Shown here piece by piece: positions 40,324 to 50,056 of a stretch of 64,000 bases of DNA (its first letter is position 1; each line of letters begins with the position of its first letter). This DNA comes from Nitrososphaeraceae archaeon. GTDB lineage: Archaea; Thermoproteota; Nitrososphaeria; Nitrososphaerales; Nitrososphaeraceae. The notes beneath the pieces were generated by a model. The model ran no database searches and was not told the DNA's origin. It worked only from the letters and a program-made list of their open reading frames with translations. The position numbers and the translations under genes were made by a program. The stretch covers positions 1-64,000 of the forward strand of contig JBIOZG010000002.1 in the NCBI GenBank assembly GCA_044870765.1. The letters are read 5' to 3'.

Positions 40324-40704
40324 ATGACTGAAGAAGAAACCGCTTTTGATAAAGTAAAAAAGGGAGTTAAGGAAGTAGTTGGTGGCACTGCAGGAGTAGT
40401 CGAAGGCACTGCACAGGGAATTAAGGAGGCAGTTGAAGAAACTACAGAAGGAGTCGAAGAGGGAGTTGAAGAAACTACAGAAGGAGTCAAAGAAACCTCA
40501 AGAGACGCAACAGACACAGACAAGCTTACATCATCATACGAAGAGACGAAAAACAGAGAATATACCGAAGCAGGGGAAGAATTGGAGGATGCAGGAGACA
40601 AGGTTAAAGCCGGTGCAAAAGCAGTTGCAAACAAAGTTCAAGATCCTGACAAGGATTTAGATAGCGAGTACCAAAAAGAAAAGATAGAAGAAAAAATGGA
40701 CTAG
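40324..40704 (+). CDS. Acidic hydrophilin / LEA-like protein with 11-aa repeats
   Basis: VEETTEGVEEG-VEETTEGVKET; 33-bp DNA repeat at 40432-40488. Confidence 0.7.
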   Translation: MTEEETAFDKVKKGVKEVVGGTAGVVEGTAQGIKEAVEETTEGVEEGVEETTEGVKETSRDATDTDKLTSSYEETKNREYTEAGEELEDAGDKVKAGAKAVANKVQDPDKDLDSEYQKEKIEEKMD

Positions 40705-40962
40705 AGTTAGTCCAATCAATTTTTATGTAAAAGACTTGGATTTTGAGTTCTACTAAAGAAATTTGTTAAAGAACTTTGAATTTGGTTGACTAGTAAATAT
40801 TCAAGTCCATCAAGTTAGATAATTCATTATTATCTTTTTGCGTATATGTATATCCATCTCACCGTGGCTGATGGGAGGACACTTGCGTCCTTTGCGGTTG
40901 GTTCCTTTCATACCTCCCACCAGATTTGAACCGATATAAGTTAATTTGAGTTGTACATCGTA

Positions 40963-41100
40963 TTGCACGTACACGAGATCTGTCTTAGTTGTGGGCACAA
41001 AAAACATGATCATAGTTCGGATGGTTCCCGCTGTAGAAGACCTTATTGCCCTTGTTTAGGATTTAAAACAACTTTCTTACAGTATAGTTCGGGCTCATAA
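40963..41100 (+). CDS. Cys/His zinc-binding microprotein, 45 aa (not in ORF track)
   Basis: TTG start; HVHEICLSCGHKKHDHSSDGSRCRRPYCPCLGF...; GATATAAG about 25 bp upstream. Confidence 0.6.
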   Translation: MHVHEICLSCGHKKHDHSSDGSRCRRPYCPCLGFKTTFLQYSSGS

Positions 41101-41110
41101 GTTCAAATTT

Positions 41111-41392
41111 CTATGATTTGTTCCAGTTTAGTATGACATCATTCATCTCGCAGGCGTGTTTTATAGCAGAAAATATGACTATCTTATACTGTCTTGATAT
41201 TTTTTTCTCGACTAAATAATTAATAATAATATTAGAAATTTCTTGTTGCTCTAATCTATGGAAGGAATCAAGGTCCATTTGACAATGTTTTAGAAACTGA
41301 GTTAGAGAGTACTCATAAACCTGTCTTGTTTGCTCCGAATTGATAGAATTTACAAAGTTTGAATATTTTTCATCAAGCACTTGCATACTCAT
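41111..41392 (-). pseudogene. N-terminal fragment of a tyrosine recombinase/integrase
   Basis: NFVNSINSEQTRQVYEYSLTQFL...SAIKHACEMNDVILNW resembles a core-binding domain; stops before any catalytic domain. Confidence 0.7.
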
Positions 41393-41583
41393 TTCACGAG
41401 AAGCGTATCTTAAAGGACTAATTATTTAATTAGTTATATCACTGGCTTAATACCAGTTTATTAAAATTTTAATCTAATAATTATCTAATAATATAAAAAG
41501 AATTTTCCAAAGTCTATACGTCAAACGATATCATATTATCTCAATTTAAAACTTAATTATGAGAATAATATAATCGGTTCTGA

Positions 41584-43065
41584 TTGCCTTATAAAATAGT
41601 TAATGGAAAAATTGAATCATTAACGTACACTACTGACGATGTTCTTCTTAAAATCAAAGAGGATGAAATAAAATATGTTGATTTGCAGTTCACCGGACTA
41701 TTCGGAAGATTTCACCATACCACAATGGCGTCTAATATGCTGAGAGAGGACGATTTTAAGGACGGGCTTCCCAAACTTGACGGTTCATCAATAAAGGGCT
41801 TTACAGAAATTCACGAATCTGATTTGATCATACGACCTGATCCGTCTACATACGCATTAATCCCTTGGATACAAAAGTATCCAACAGCCAGACTCATATG
41901 CGATATTCTATCCGGTGGTGAGAAAAGAGACTCCTATCTTGCCGATCCACGTGGAATTGCAAAGAATGCTGAAAAATACGTTAAAGAGAACGGTTATGAT
42001 ATTTCATACTGGGGACCTGAGGTTGAATTCTTTGTTTTTGATAAACTCCAAGTAAATACATTAACCTCATTTCATAGTCAGAGCTATGAAATAACCTCTC
42101 GTGAAGCACCTTGGTCAACTGAAAATGTTGGCTACACTCTTCGTTTGAGGGAAGGATATCTGCCAAGCCCCCCTGGAGATACCCTAATGGACTATCGTCA
42201 TGAATGTGTAGATGTTTTGAGTTCGAATTTCGGTATAATTTGTGACGCACATCATCATGAGGTAGCTACTGCAGGACAATGCGAAATTGATATTCGTTAC
42301 GACACTCTGGTTAATACCGCAGATTCAGTTCAAAGTTACAAGTACATTGTCAAAAACATTGCACAGAAACATAATATGATAGCTACAATGATGCCAAAGC
42401 CAATCGCGTTGGATAACGGTTCTGGAATGCATGTCAATGTAAGCCTCTGGAATAAAGGAGAAAATCTATTTTATGACCCAAATGACAAATACGCCGAGCT
42501 ATCTCAAACAGCGAGGTATTTTATTGGGGGAATACTGGACCACGCAAAGGCCCTGGCAGCGATCGTTGCACCCACTACAAATTCTTATAGAAGACTAATA
42601 CCCGGATACGAAGCCCCTGTTTATATTGCTTGGAGTACTGGTAACAGATCTGCAATAATTAGAATTCCAGCCCATTATAAGGGAGAAAAATTTGCACATT
42701 TGAAAAGAATAGAATTTAGAGCTCCTGATCCATCATGTAATCCATATTTAGCTTTTTCTGCAATTGTTGCTGCTGGGCTTAATGGTATAAAGAAGAGAAG
42801 TGAAACAAATGATGCCAAAATAGAGGATCATGTAGACGCTGATATATTCAAGATGACAGATGCTGAAAGAGAAAAACATAAAATTAAACAGTTACCGGCA
42901 AGTTTAAGAGAATCTATTGAGGAATTAAAATCTGACTCTGACTTCTTGAAACCAATATTTGGTAAACACGTCATTGAACGTATAGTTGACGATGCTGCAA
43001 AGCAACACATGGAACTTGCTGTTCGGCCTCACCCACATGAATTTACCATGTACGCTGATGTATGA
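41584..43065 (+). CDS. glnA: Glutamine synthetase type I
   Basis: DLQFT, DGSSI, GPEVEFF, HHEVATAGQCEI, MPKP..DNGSGMH, NSYRRL.PGYEAP, RIEFRAPDPSCNPYL. Confidence 0.98.
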   Translation: MPYKIVNGKIESLTYTTDDVLLKIKEDEIKYVDLQFTGLFGRFHHTTMASNMLREDDFKDGLPKLDGSSIKGFTEIHESDLIIRPDPSTYALIPWIQKYPTARLICDILSGGEKRDSYLADPRGIAKNAEKYVKENGYDISYWGPEVEFFVFDKLQVNTLTSFHSQSYEITSREAPWSTENVGYTLRLREGYLPSPPGDTLMDYRHECVDVLSSNFGIICDAHHHEVATAGQCEIDIRYDTLVNTADSVQSYKYIVKNIAQKHNMIATMMPKPIALDNGSGMHVNVSLWNKGENLFYDPNDKYAELSQTARYFIGGILDHAKALAAIVAPTTNSYRRLIPGYEAPVYIAWSTGNRSAIIRIPAHYKGEKFAHLKRIEFRAPDPSCNPYLAFSAIVAAGLNGIKKRSETNDAKIEDHVDADIFKMTDAEREKHKIKQLPASLRESIEELKSDSDFLKPIFGKHVIERIVDDAAKQHMELAVRPHPHEFTMYADV

Positions 43066-43126
43066 CAATCTTTTAACTTGCTAATTTTACCACCTGTAAT
43101 AATAAAACAGGCTTCCAATTTAGGTA

Positions 43127-44239
43127 TCATTTTGGAATTATAATTTTTTTATTCCTCACATCTTGAGTTAATTCAGAGAACTTTGTTTGAATATCTGCAG
43201 GAATCTTATTCTGAAATCCATGAAATGGAGCAATGTATACAATTCCATCCTCAGTAGTTGAATTCTTTGTCAATTCTAGTCCGGGAGTAAAGATCATTCC
43301 CGTAAAGTTGTTTCCATATATCATCTTAAAAATAGAATCGTATGCCTTTATCGGATCTAGGACAAAAGACGTCACTACGGTATCTGGAGCTAATTTATTC
43401 TGATCTGATACAGCTCCAAAGGCGTAGATACCTTTCTCCTTAGCTGCTTGAATTACACCTTGTCCAGACGTATCAGCTACATGCAATAGAAAGTCTGCGC
43501 CTTCTTTAATCTGAGAGAGTGCTGCTGACCTACCCTTAGACTCGTTATCCCAGTCGCCCAAGTAAGTTTCAAATACTCTGGTTGTAGAATTTACATGCAA
43601 GGCTCCCTGTCTGTAACCTTCGTAAATGTTCTTTAGATTGGGATATTTCTCATCTCCTCCAATAAAACCAATCGTATGGTTTTTTGAGAGCATACCTGCA
43701 AGCGCACCAAGAAGATAAGCTGCTTCCTGTTGTCTTGGGGAAATTGAAGCTACATTTTCAGATTTTACTTGCCCAGTGAATACAATAAATTTTATATCAG
43801 GATATTTTTGTGCTACTTTAATAACAGGATTTCCCCACTCATATCCCTGTGCTATGATAATATCATAATCTTCATCTGCATAGTCCTTGAGAGTCGTTTC
43901 TATATTAGGAATTGATACGTTATCTAGGAAACTTACTTCATATCCATACTTGGAAATTATTTCTTGACCCGCATTATAAGCAAACGCCCCCCAGCCAGCA
44001 TCGCTAAAAAGACCATCGGTTAGGTAAGCTATCTTTAATGATTGATTTGCAGAACTAGGTGTTTGAGATGATTTGTTTTGTGCCTGCGCATATGCATTTT
44101 GAAAAGAGACAGAAGAGCACATTATTATTGCAATCCAAGTAGCCAAAACGGCAGCCAAGATGACGGACATCAATATTTTTCTATTGGACAATATTTGCAT
44201 TGAATCTCTATGATGAATCCCTATCATTACGCTCAACAC
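43127..44239 (-). CDS. BMP-family (PnrA-like) substrate-binding protein
   Basis: Signal/TM, DAGWG..AYN, AYLLGALAG, IGFIGG, GVIQAAKEKG, DQ; true start may be 44200. Confidence 0.85.
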   Translation of the reverse strand: MLSVMIGIHHRDSMQILSNRKILMSVILAAVLATWIAIIMCSSVSFQNAYAQAQNKSSQTPSSANQSLKIAYLTDGLFSDAGWGAFAYNAGQEIISKYGYEVSFLDNVSIPNIETTLKDYADEDYDIIIAQGYEWGNPVIKVAQKYPDIKFIVFTGQVKSENVASISPRQQEAAYLLGALAGMLSKNHTIGFIGGDEKYPNLKNIYEGYRQGALHVNSTTRVFETYLGDWDNESKGRSAALSQIKEGADFLLHVADTSGQGVIQAAKEKGIYAFGAVSDQNKLAPDTVVTSFVLDPIKAYDSIFKMIYGNNFTGMIFTPGLELTKNSTTEDGIVYIAPFHGFQNKIPADIQTKFSELTQDVRNKKIIIPK

Positions 44240-46007
44240 TATCTTGATCTGAAAGGGGTAAAGTAAAGATAAAAGTTGCGCCTAAGTGAGAACCTGCTTC
44301 GGCCCATATGCTCCCACCATGTGCTTCAACGATGCTTTTTGCAATAAATAGACCCAGGCCAGTTCCTCTATCGGATTTTGTTACAAATTTGAAAAATAAT
44401 TTAGGAAATATTTCAGGATGTATTCCAATTCCAGTATCCTTTACGAGAACCTTAACTATATCTGATTCGAGTTGCGTTGTAACTGTAATCGATCCTTTTT
44501 TGGTAAATTTGCCAGCGTTATCAAGTAGATTTTGCATGACCTGATTTAATCTCAGCCTGTCACCTTTCACATAAATTGGTTTGTTTACACCTTCATAACT
44601 TACTATGAGATCCTTGTAGATAAACTGAATATTTCGTTTAAAATCTTCAATACTATTTTCTATTAAATCGTACAAATCAATTCTTTCATCCATTAATTTT
44701 AAAGAATGGCTCTCAATTTTAGTAACGTCTAATATGTCTTCAGCAAGTCTTCCCAATTTTTCAGTATTTCTCTTTATGATGTCCATATACTGATTTCGCT
44801 TTTGTTGGCTCAAATTTGGAGATTGAAGAAGGTAAATAGCATTAAGAATAGGTTGTATTGGAGTTCGAAGCTCATGAGCTGCTATATTGATGAATTGATT
44901 TTGCGCCTCATCCTTAGTTTTAAGGGATTCATTCGCTGCCATTAGTTTGTAATTGGATTCGTTTAAATCTCTAGTTCTTTTTTTGACCTCATCTTGCAAT
45001 ATACTGTACCATTTTCTTAAAAGGAAGACAAGAACAATTATTGCAGCTGTAGTTCCTGTGAGCAAGGAGAACATTTTTACCCCTTCGGAAAAAAGAACTG
45101 AATTTATCTTTAGATATATTCGATCTGTTGGTGTTACTATTTGAAGGAAATATACTGGTTTTGACTCCACTAGAATTGGGGCTTGAGTATTTAATCTCTC
45201 CCCCCTTCCATAATCATACATAGCATATCCAGTATTTCCCGTCAACAAATGATGGGTCAGATTGTTCAGAACCTCATTGTAATTGATAAACTGCTGGGTT
45301 TCATTCCCAAAAAAGTTCTTTCCGACAAGGTCGTTACTTGCTCCAACTGCCAAAAGGTTTCCTTTCGTATCAAACGCCACTAAAAATTGTGAATTTATAT
45401 CATTAACGTTTCCATAGTTTTTAAAAAACTGGATTGTAGGCAAACTAGCTACTACTGTTCCAATGTAATGACCATCATGTATACTAATTATCGGATAGGT
45501 TATCACTATTCTATATTTGCCATCTATCCCTGTAAAACCATTAGAATATACAGGCTGAAGACTTTCTCTGGTTTGTTTCATATATTCATTAGATGAAATA
45601 TCAATATTCACAAACGTTTTCAAACCCTTTGATACCTTCTGATTAGTTATGACCCCTTCTTCATCCGTAATTAAAAGGCTATCAACTTTAGTGACAGAGT
45701 TAAGCTGTTCAAATTTTTCTTCAAGTATTTTCGTAACATTATCTCCCGATAACATTTCATTTTGCAAATATGTGGAATCGGCCAACTGCTGAAGCATGGC
45801 AGCTACCAGCCGCAGATCAGAGCCAATATGTTGAGAAATTGAGCTAGTCGACTTTATCTGACGATCTAATTCCTGTTCGAATATACTTTCTCTTATACTC
45901 GTTTCATTGATTCTCTGAAAGAAAAAAAATAATCCATAGGAAGCGACGGCAATTATAATAACAGATATGACACCGATATACATCAGTTTACCAGAAATTA
46001 GTGTCAT
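44208..46007 (-). CDS. Membrane sensor histidine kinase with extracellular Cache-like domain
   Basis: Two TMs; H-box AAHELRTPIQPI, N-box NLLDNAGKFT, DTGIGI, GTGLGLFI. Confidence 0.93.
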   Translation of the reverse strand: MTLISGKLMYIGVISVIIIAVASYGLFFFFQRINETSIRESIFEQELDRQIKSTSSISQHIGSDLRLVAAMLQQLADSTYLQNEMLSGDNVTKILEEKFEQLNSVTKVDSLLITDEEGVITNQKVSKGLKTFVNIDISSNEYMKQTRESLQPVYSNGFTGIDGKYRIVITYPIISIHDGHYIGTVVASLPTIQFFKNYGNVNDINSQFLVAFDTKGNLLAVGASNDLVGKNFFGNETQQFINYNEVLNNLTHHLLTGNTGYAMYDYGRGERLNTQAPILVESKPVYFLQIVTPTDRIYLKINSVLFSEGVKMFSLLTGTTAAIIVLVFLLRKWYSILQDEVKKRTRDLNESNYKLMAANESLKTKDEAQNQFINIAAHELRTPIQPILNAIYLLQSPNLSQQKRNQYMDIIKRNTEKLGRLAEDILDVTKIESHSLKLMDERIDLYDLIENSIEDFKRNIQFIYKDLIVSYEGVNKPIYVKGDRLRLNQVMQNLLDNAGKFTKKGSITVTTQLESDIVKVLVKDTGIGIHPEIFPKLFFKFVTKSDRGTGLGLFIAKSIVEAHGGSIWAEAGSHLGATFIFTLPLSDQDSVERNDRDSS

Positions 46008-46136
46008 TCGATATAGTGTTGTTGTCTTGTCGTGGTATTTAATTTAATTTATTGTATTTCAATTCATGAATGCGAATTTGCTAAGACTCTGATATTACCA
46101 AATCAAATTACCAAAATAATTTAGAAAGTATCGGTA

Positions 46137-46211
46137 TGGAGGGGATGGGATTTGAACCCATGACCACCTGCGTGTAAGGCAGGTATCATAACCAGTCTAG
46201 ACCACCCCTCC
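46137..46211 (-). tRNA. tRNA-Val(TAC)
   Basis: GGAGGGG TG GTCTAGACTGGTTATGAT A CCTGC CT TAC AC GCAGG TGGTC ATGGG TTCAAAT CCCAT CCCCTCC A. Confidence 0.95.
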
Positions 46212-46374
46212 ATAACTTGAATTCTGGTTAAACAAAGTATATTATTTAGGGGCTATTTGAATTAATCAAAACAAATTGTCAGAACAACTAACTTCACATG
46301 TTTCTAAATAAAGTATTTTTAATTCCCTCTTTGTATTCAAACTTTTATAAAACTGCAATACTAATTTACTAATT

Positions 46375-46896
46375 ATGTCATTTGGAGTCGATACGCTTGG
46401 AGGTCTGAGCGAAAAGTTAAAACAATTAGTAAACGAGACTCAAGAACATTATGAATCGTTTATTGATGATACTCAACTTTACAAAAAAGGAAAAATTGGT
46501 GATAAAGAATTACTTAGCAAAATTGCAAAATTTATGATTTCCCTGTCTGCATTAAATTTTTTAGCCATTAGAGTCATATTGGAAATGAAATCTGCAACAG
46601 ATAAGGGTTCCTCAATGAAAAGTCCCACTGGTGGAATTGCACAGCCAACCTCTGGTTCTGGATTTGGAGTGAATGCATTTGTTGACAGTGGTGGAAGCAT
46701 TGGCAACAAATCAACGGATGCAGATCAATATGTTTTACCTGAACCTGAACAACTCAGCGAACCCAGACTCAGACCTGTTGATATAACAATTAAGCCTGAA
46801 GATAAAAGCCAAAATTCAAAAAAGAATTGTATCCACTGCAAATCTTCCATCCCCTTAGCTGCCAAGTTCTGTCCCAAATGCGGCAATTCGCAATAA
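46375..46896 (+). CDS. Protein with C-terminal zinc ribbon
   Basis: CIHC...KFCPKCG at C-terminus. Confidence 0.8.
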   Translation: MSFGVDTLGGLSEKLKQLVNETQEHYESFIDDTQLYKKGKIGDKELLSKIAKFMISLSALNFLAIRVILEMKSATDKGSSMKSPTGGIAQPTSGSGFGVNAFVDSGGSIGNKSTDADQYVLPEPEQLSEPRLRPVDITIKPEDKSQNSKKNCIHCKSSIPLAAKFCPKCGNSQ

Positions 46897-46925
46897 TTAA
46901 AAACTCGATATTCTTGTAATTTATC

Positions 46926-47282
46926 ATGGAGATTTTCAACGGGAGAGCTGCAACTGAAGAATATATGTCTACACATTCTCTAACTTTCTCAACTCCTGAA
47001 ATGACACTAAAAAAATTTGCGCTTTGGTTGGGTGATCAAGTAAATATTCCTGGAAAGAACGACACTGTACCTCGATTGATGACGTACATTCATGATGTAA
47101 ATAATCAATCAAACAAGGACGATTTTCTTCCAGATACTGATGACTCTTTCAAGCCAAGTGGAGCCGTAACTGATATGTTCAAAGATCTCACAGAAGTTGC
47201 ATCCGGTAACATCTGTCATAATTGTAACCATGCTCTAAAAATAGGATCAAAATTCTGTCCTAAATGTGGCTCAAAACAATAA
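46926..47282 (+). CDS. Protein with C-terminal zinc ribbon
   Basis: CHNC...KFCPKCG at C-terminus. Confidence 0.8.
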   Translation: MEIFNGRAATEEYMSTHSLTFSTPEMTLKKFALWLGDQVNIPGKNDTVPRLMTYIHDVNNQSNKDDFLPDTDDSFKPSGAVTDMFKDLTEVASGNICHNCNHALKIGSKFCPKCGSKQ

Positions 47283-47414
47283 GTGCTTGATATGAATTGG
47301 CCCCTTTCTATTCTATATGTTGCAGCTATGCGTATACGACCATTCACAACTATATATGAAGGATTTAAGATTTTCTAGATGCTTTAAATTAAAGAGACAG
47401 AGTTTATAGAAACA

Positions 47415-47981
47415 TTGCATAAGAATGTAGGAATTGAATCTAGAGTTTCCGGTTTTCTTTTCCTAGCTATTGCGATAGCAGTTCTGACTGGAACCGTTTT
47501 CAGCGAAATCTTGTCAATGTATAAAATTCCGATATATTATCAATTACTTTCATGGCTTTTGATATTTGCTTTGATTTTAGGAATTACTTTTATGAAAATG
47601 AAGGATATGTTTCACACTATAAGGAACAGAATGAAAAACAGTTTAAAATGGCCTCTGTGGGCTAAAACTATTAATGGTTTAAGTTGGGCAGGCCCTTTTT
47701 TGATGATACCTGCATTTCATTCATTTTCACAGTATCTAATACTCTTAGGTATTGGTTTTGGTAACATCTCCACTTATCTATTAATTAAGTCATATAGCAA
47801 ATACGATATTAAGGAACAATTTGTTGTTGGTATAATTGCAGTACTTATGATTCCAGTATTGTTTTCACTTGACATGTTCAGTCATTCCAACCTAGTTCAT
47901 CATCACATACTAGCACTATCTAGAATATTCGTGGCAATATCGTATGGTGTCGGAGGTATCTATGCATTAATTGAAAGATGA
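47415..47981 (+). CDS. Membrane protein (about 6 TM)
   Basis: Multiple hydrophobic helices; overlaps queC start. Confidence 0.7.
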   Translation: MHKNVGIESRVSGFLFLAIAIAVLTGTVFSEILSMYKIPIYYQLLSWLLIFALILGITFMKMKDMFHTIRNRMKNSLKWPLWAKTINGLSWAGPFLMIPAFHSFSQYLILLGIGFGNISTYLLIKSYSKYDIKEQFVVGIIAVLMIPVLFSLDMFSHSNLVHHHILALSRIFVAISYGVGGIYALIER

Positions 47982-48681
47982 AAAGATTGCAATATGTATT
48001 ATGAGTGGTGGACTGGATTCGCTTTGCGCTGCGGCTTACGTTAAAAGTTATAAGAAATATGCAATAAAGATTATCACATTTTCCTATGGTCAAAGAGCAA
48101 AACGCGAGATAGTACAATCGAAAAAGCTCGCCAAAGCCTTGAGTTCGGAAGAATACCGTATAGTAGATATTAATTTTATGAAGGATTTGTATGGTAACTC
48201 AAATGTTCTTACGAGCAATAAATTGTCAATTCCCTCCAAATTCGATGTTAGTATAGTAGTACCAATTAGAAATGCGATATTCATATCAATTGCTGCAGCA
48301 TGGGCATACAGTGTAAATTCCGATTTAATTGTATTTGGTGCACACGCTGATGATTATAATTATCCGGATTGCCGGCCGAAATTTATCAAATCAATATCAA
48401 AATCCTTGAATATTGGAGAGGAAGATAAAATCAGGAGTGGAATTAATAGAAAGATGTCTGTATGGTCACCGTCTTTAGAAGGAATGAGCAAATATGAACT
48501 GTTAAAAATAGGTCATGAGATCCTCGGAGATATCATTTTTGAATCATGGAGTTGTTATTCAAATGGGAAAAAAATACATAAAAAAATATTGCAATGCGGA
48601 GTATGCGAATCGTGTATAAATAGGAAGATGGCATTCACTAAAGCAGGTATAGAGGATAAAACAATTTATGCAAAGAACTGA
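47971..48681 (+). CDS. queC: 7-cyano-7-deazaguanine synthase
   Basis: SGGLDS, YGQR, VPIRNAIF, YPDCR, WSCY, CGVCESC. Confidence 0.96.
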   Translation: MKDEKIAICIMSGGLDSLCAAAYVKSYKKYAIKIITFSYGQRAKREIVQSKKLAKALSSEEYRIVDINFMKDLYGNSNVLTSNKLSIPSKFDVSIVVPIRNAIFISIAAAWAYSVNSDLIVFGAHADDYNYPDCRPKFIKSISKSLNIGEEDKIRSGINRKMSVWSPSLEGMSKYELLKIGHEILGDIIFESWSCYSNGKKIHKKILQCGVCESCINRKMAFTKAGIEDKTIYAKN

Positions 48682-49408
48682 AAATAAGATGAGAGTTAGG
48701 GTTAGTGAGATATTTACCAGCATTGAAGGGGAAGGGGTATTTGTCGGAACGAAGACTCTGTTTATCAGATTTTCGGGATGTCATTTAAAATGTAGATGGT
48801 GTGACACAAAATACGCATTACCATTAGACAGCGGCATTGACTATCAACTAGACGAAATTAAAGATCTCATTTTAAAACAACTTCAACCATTCACATACAA
48901 AGTAAATTTCACAGGAGGAGAACCATTACTGCAAGTTGATGCTGTAATACAACTTGCAGATTTCATAAAAAAACATACTGACCTAAAGACTTACGTAGAA
49001 TCATCATGTTTTGATTCGGAGCTATTTAGTAAAATTTTACCCTATATCGATATATGCAAAGTTGAATTCAAAACTGAGGATTCTAATGTAGTTGAAGATG
49101 CTGCTGATTATGACAATTTGCTAGAAAATGAGCTTAGATGCCTGGAATTAGCCGTACGGAATAATAAGACTACTTACATTAAAATAGTAGTAACTAATTC
49201 TACAAATCTTGATAGTTTCAAGAATTTGGTAGGCTACATTTCAAAGAAAATAAAACCTTCAGATATCATAGCTTTTATTATACAACCCAGTCATGGTTTA
49301 GATCAGCCAACTGTCAATAAACTATTGGACACTTATGATATTGCGCAACCAGTGTTTCCTGAGGTCAGGATTATACCACAGCTACATAAGGAAATAGGTG
49401 CTAGATAA
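48668..49408 (+). CDS. queE: 7-carboxy-7-deazaguanine synthase (radical SAM)
   Basis: EIFTSIEGEG, GCHLKCRWCDT, TGGEPLLQ, PQLHK. Confidence 0.95.
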   Translation: MQRTENKMRVRVSEIFTSIEGEGVFVGTKTLFIRFSGCHLKCRWCDTKYALPLDSGIDYQLDEIKDLILKQLQPFTYKVNFTGGEPLLQVDAVIQLADFIKKHTDLKTYVESSCFDSELFSKILPYIDICKVEFKTEDSNVVEDAADYDNLLENELRCLELAVRNNKTTYIKIVVTNSTNLDSFKNLVGYISKKIKPSDIIAFIIQPSHGLDQPTVNKLLDTYDIAQPVFPEVRIIPQLHKEIGAR

Positions 49409-49422
49409 TCAAAGAGAGAACA

Positions 49423-50004
49423 ATGAGAACGAAAAAGACTCCATTTAATAAAAGAAAGATTGAAAAACTCGTGAGGGAGCTGATAGTGCAACTCGGAGAA
49501 AATCCAGATCGTGAAGGGTTGATAGGAACTCCTCAAAGAATGGCAAATATGTTTGAAGAGATTTTTGCTGGTTATTGCATGAACTCTGAACTGGAAATTA
49601 GTTTTAGTGAAGAAACTGATTCAATTATTGCTAAAGACATTCACTTTTATAGCATGTGCGAACATCACATGTTGCCTTTTTTTGGCAGAATACACATTGC
49701 TTACACTCCTTCTGGTAGGGTCTTCGGGATTTCGAAACTTGCACGCCTTGTTGAAAAATATTCAAAGAGATTGCAAATTCAAGAAAGACTCACAAAGGAG
49801 ATTGCAGACGAGATAATGAATATGGGTGTAAAAGGAGTAACTGTCATTGCAGAAGGAGAACATCTTTGCATGAAGATGCGAGGAGTCAGAAACGACAGTA
49901 CAATAATTACTGTTGCAAACCGTGGTCTGGTTGACCAAAATGACGCACGATCACATCTGCTAGCTCTAATATATGATTCTAAACCTAAAATACATACAGT
50001 CTAG
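49423..50004 (+). CDS. folE: GTP cyclohydrolase I
   Basis: REGL..TP.R, SMCEHHMLPF, GISKLAR, RLQIQERLT, HLCMKMRGV. Confidence 0.97.
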   Translation: MRTKKTPFNKRKIEKLVRELIVQLGENPDREGLIGTPQRMANMFEEIFAGYCMNSELEISFSEETDSIIAKDIHFYSMCEHHMLPFFGRIHIAYTPSGRVFGISKLARLVEKYSKRLQIQERLTKEIADEIMNMGVKGVTVIAEGEHLCMKMRGVRNDSTIITVANRGLVDQNDARSHLLALIYDSKPKIHTV

Positions 50005-50056
50005 CAAAAATTACAATAATCCTTATAAAAAAGGACTATTTCAATAGGTAGGAAGA

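Noticed and set aside
41094-41116. CATAAGTTCAAATTTCTATG resembling a tRNA T-loop at the end of the integrase fragment
   Set aside because: Too short and degenerate to call an att site
43088-43111. ACCACCTG...CAGG resembling the tRNA-Val anticodon arm as an attR
   Set aside because: Only 8 bp match and no T-arm or acceptor match; more likely a hairpin between convergent genes
47971-50004. queC/queE/folE as a DNA 7-deazaguanine modification or QatABCD-type defence system
   Set aside because: No dpdA or qat partners; sits among core genes; archaeosine tRNA modification suffices
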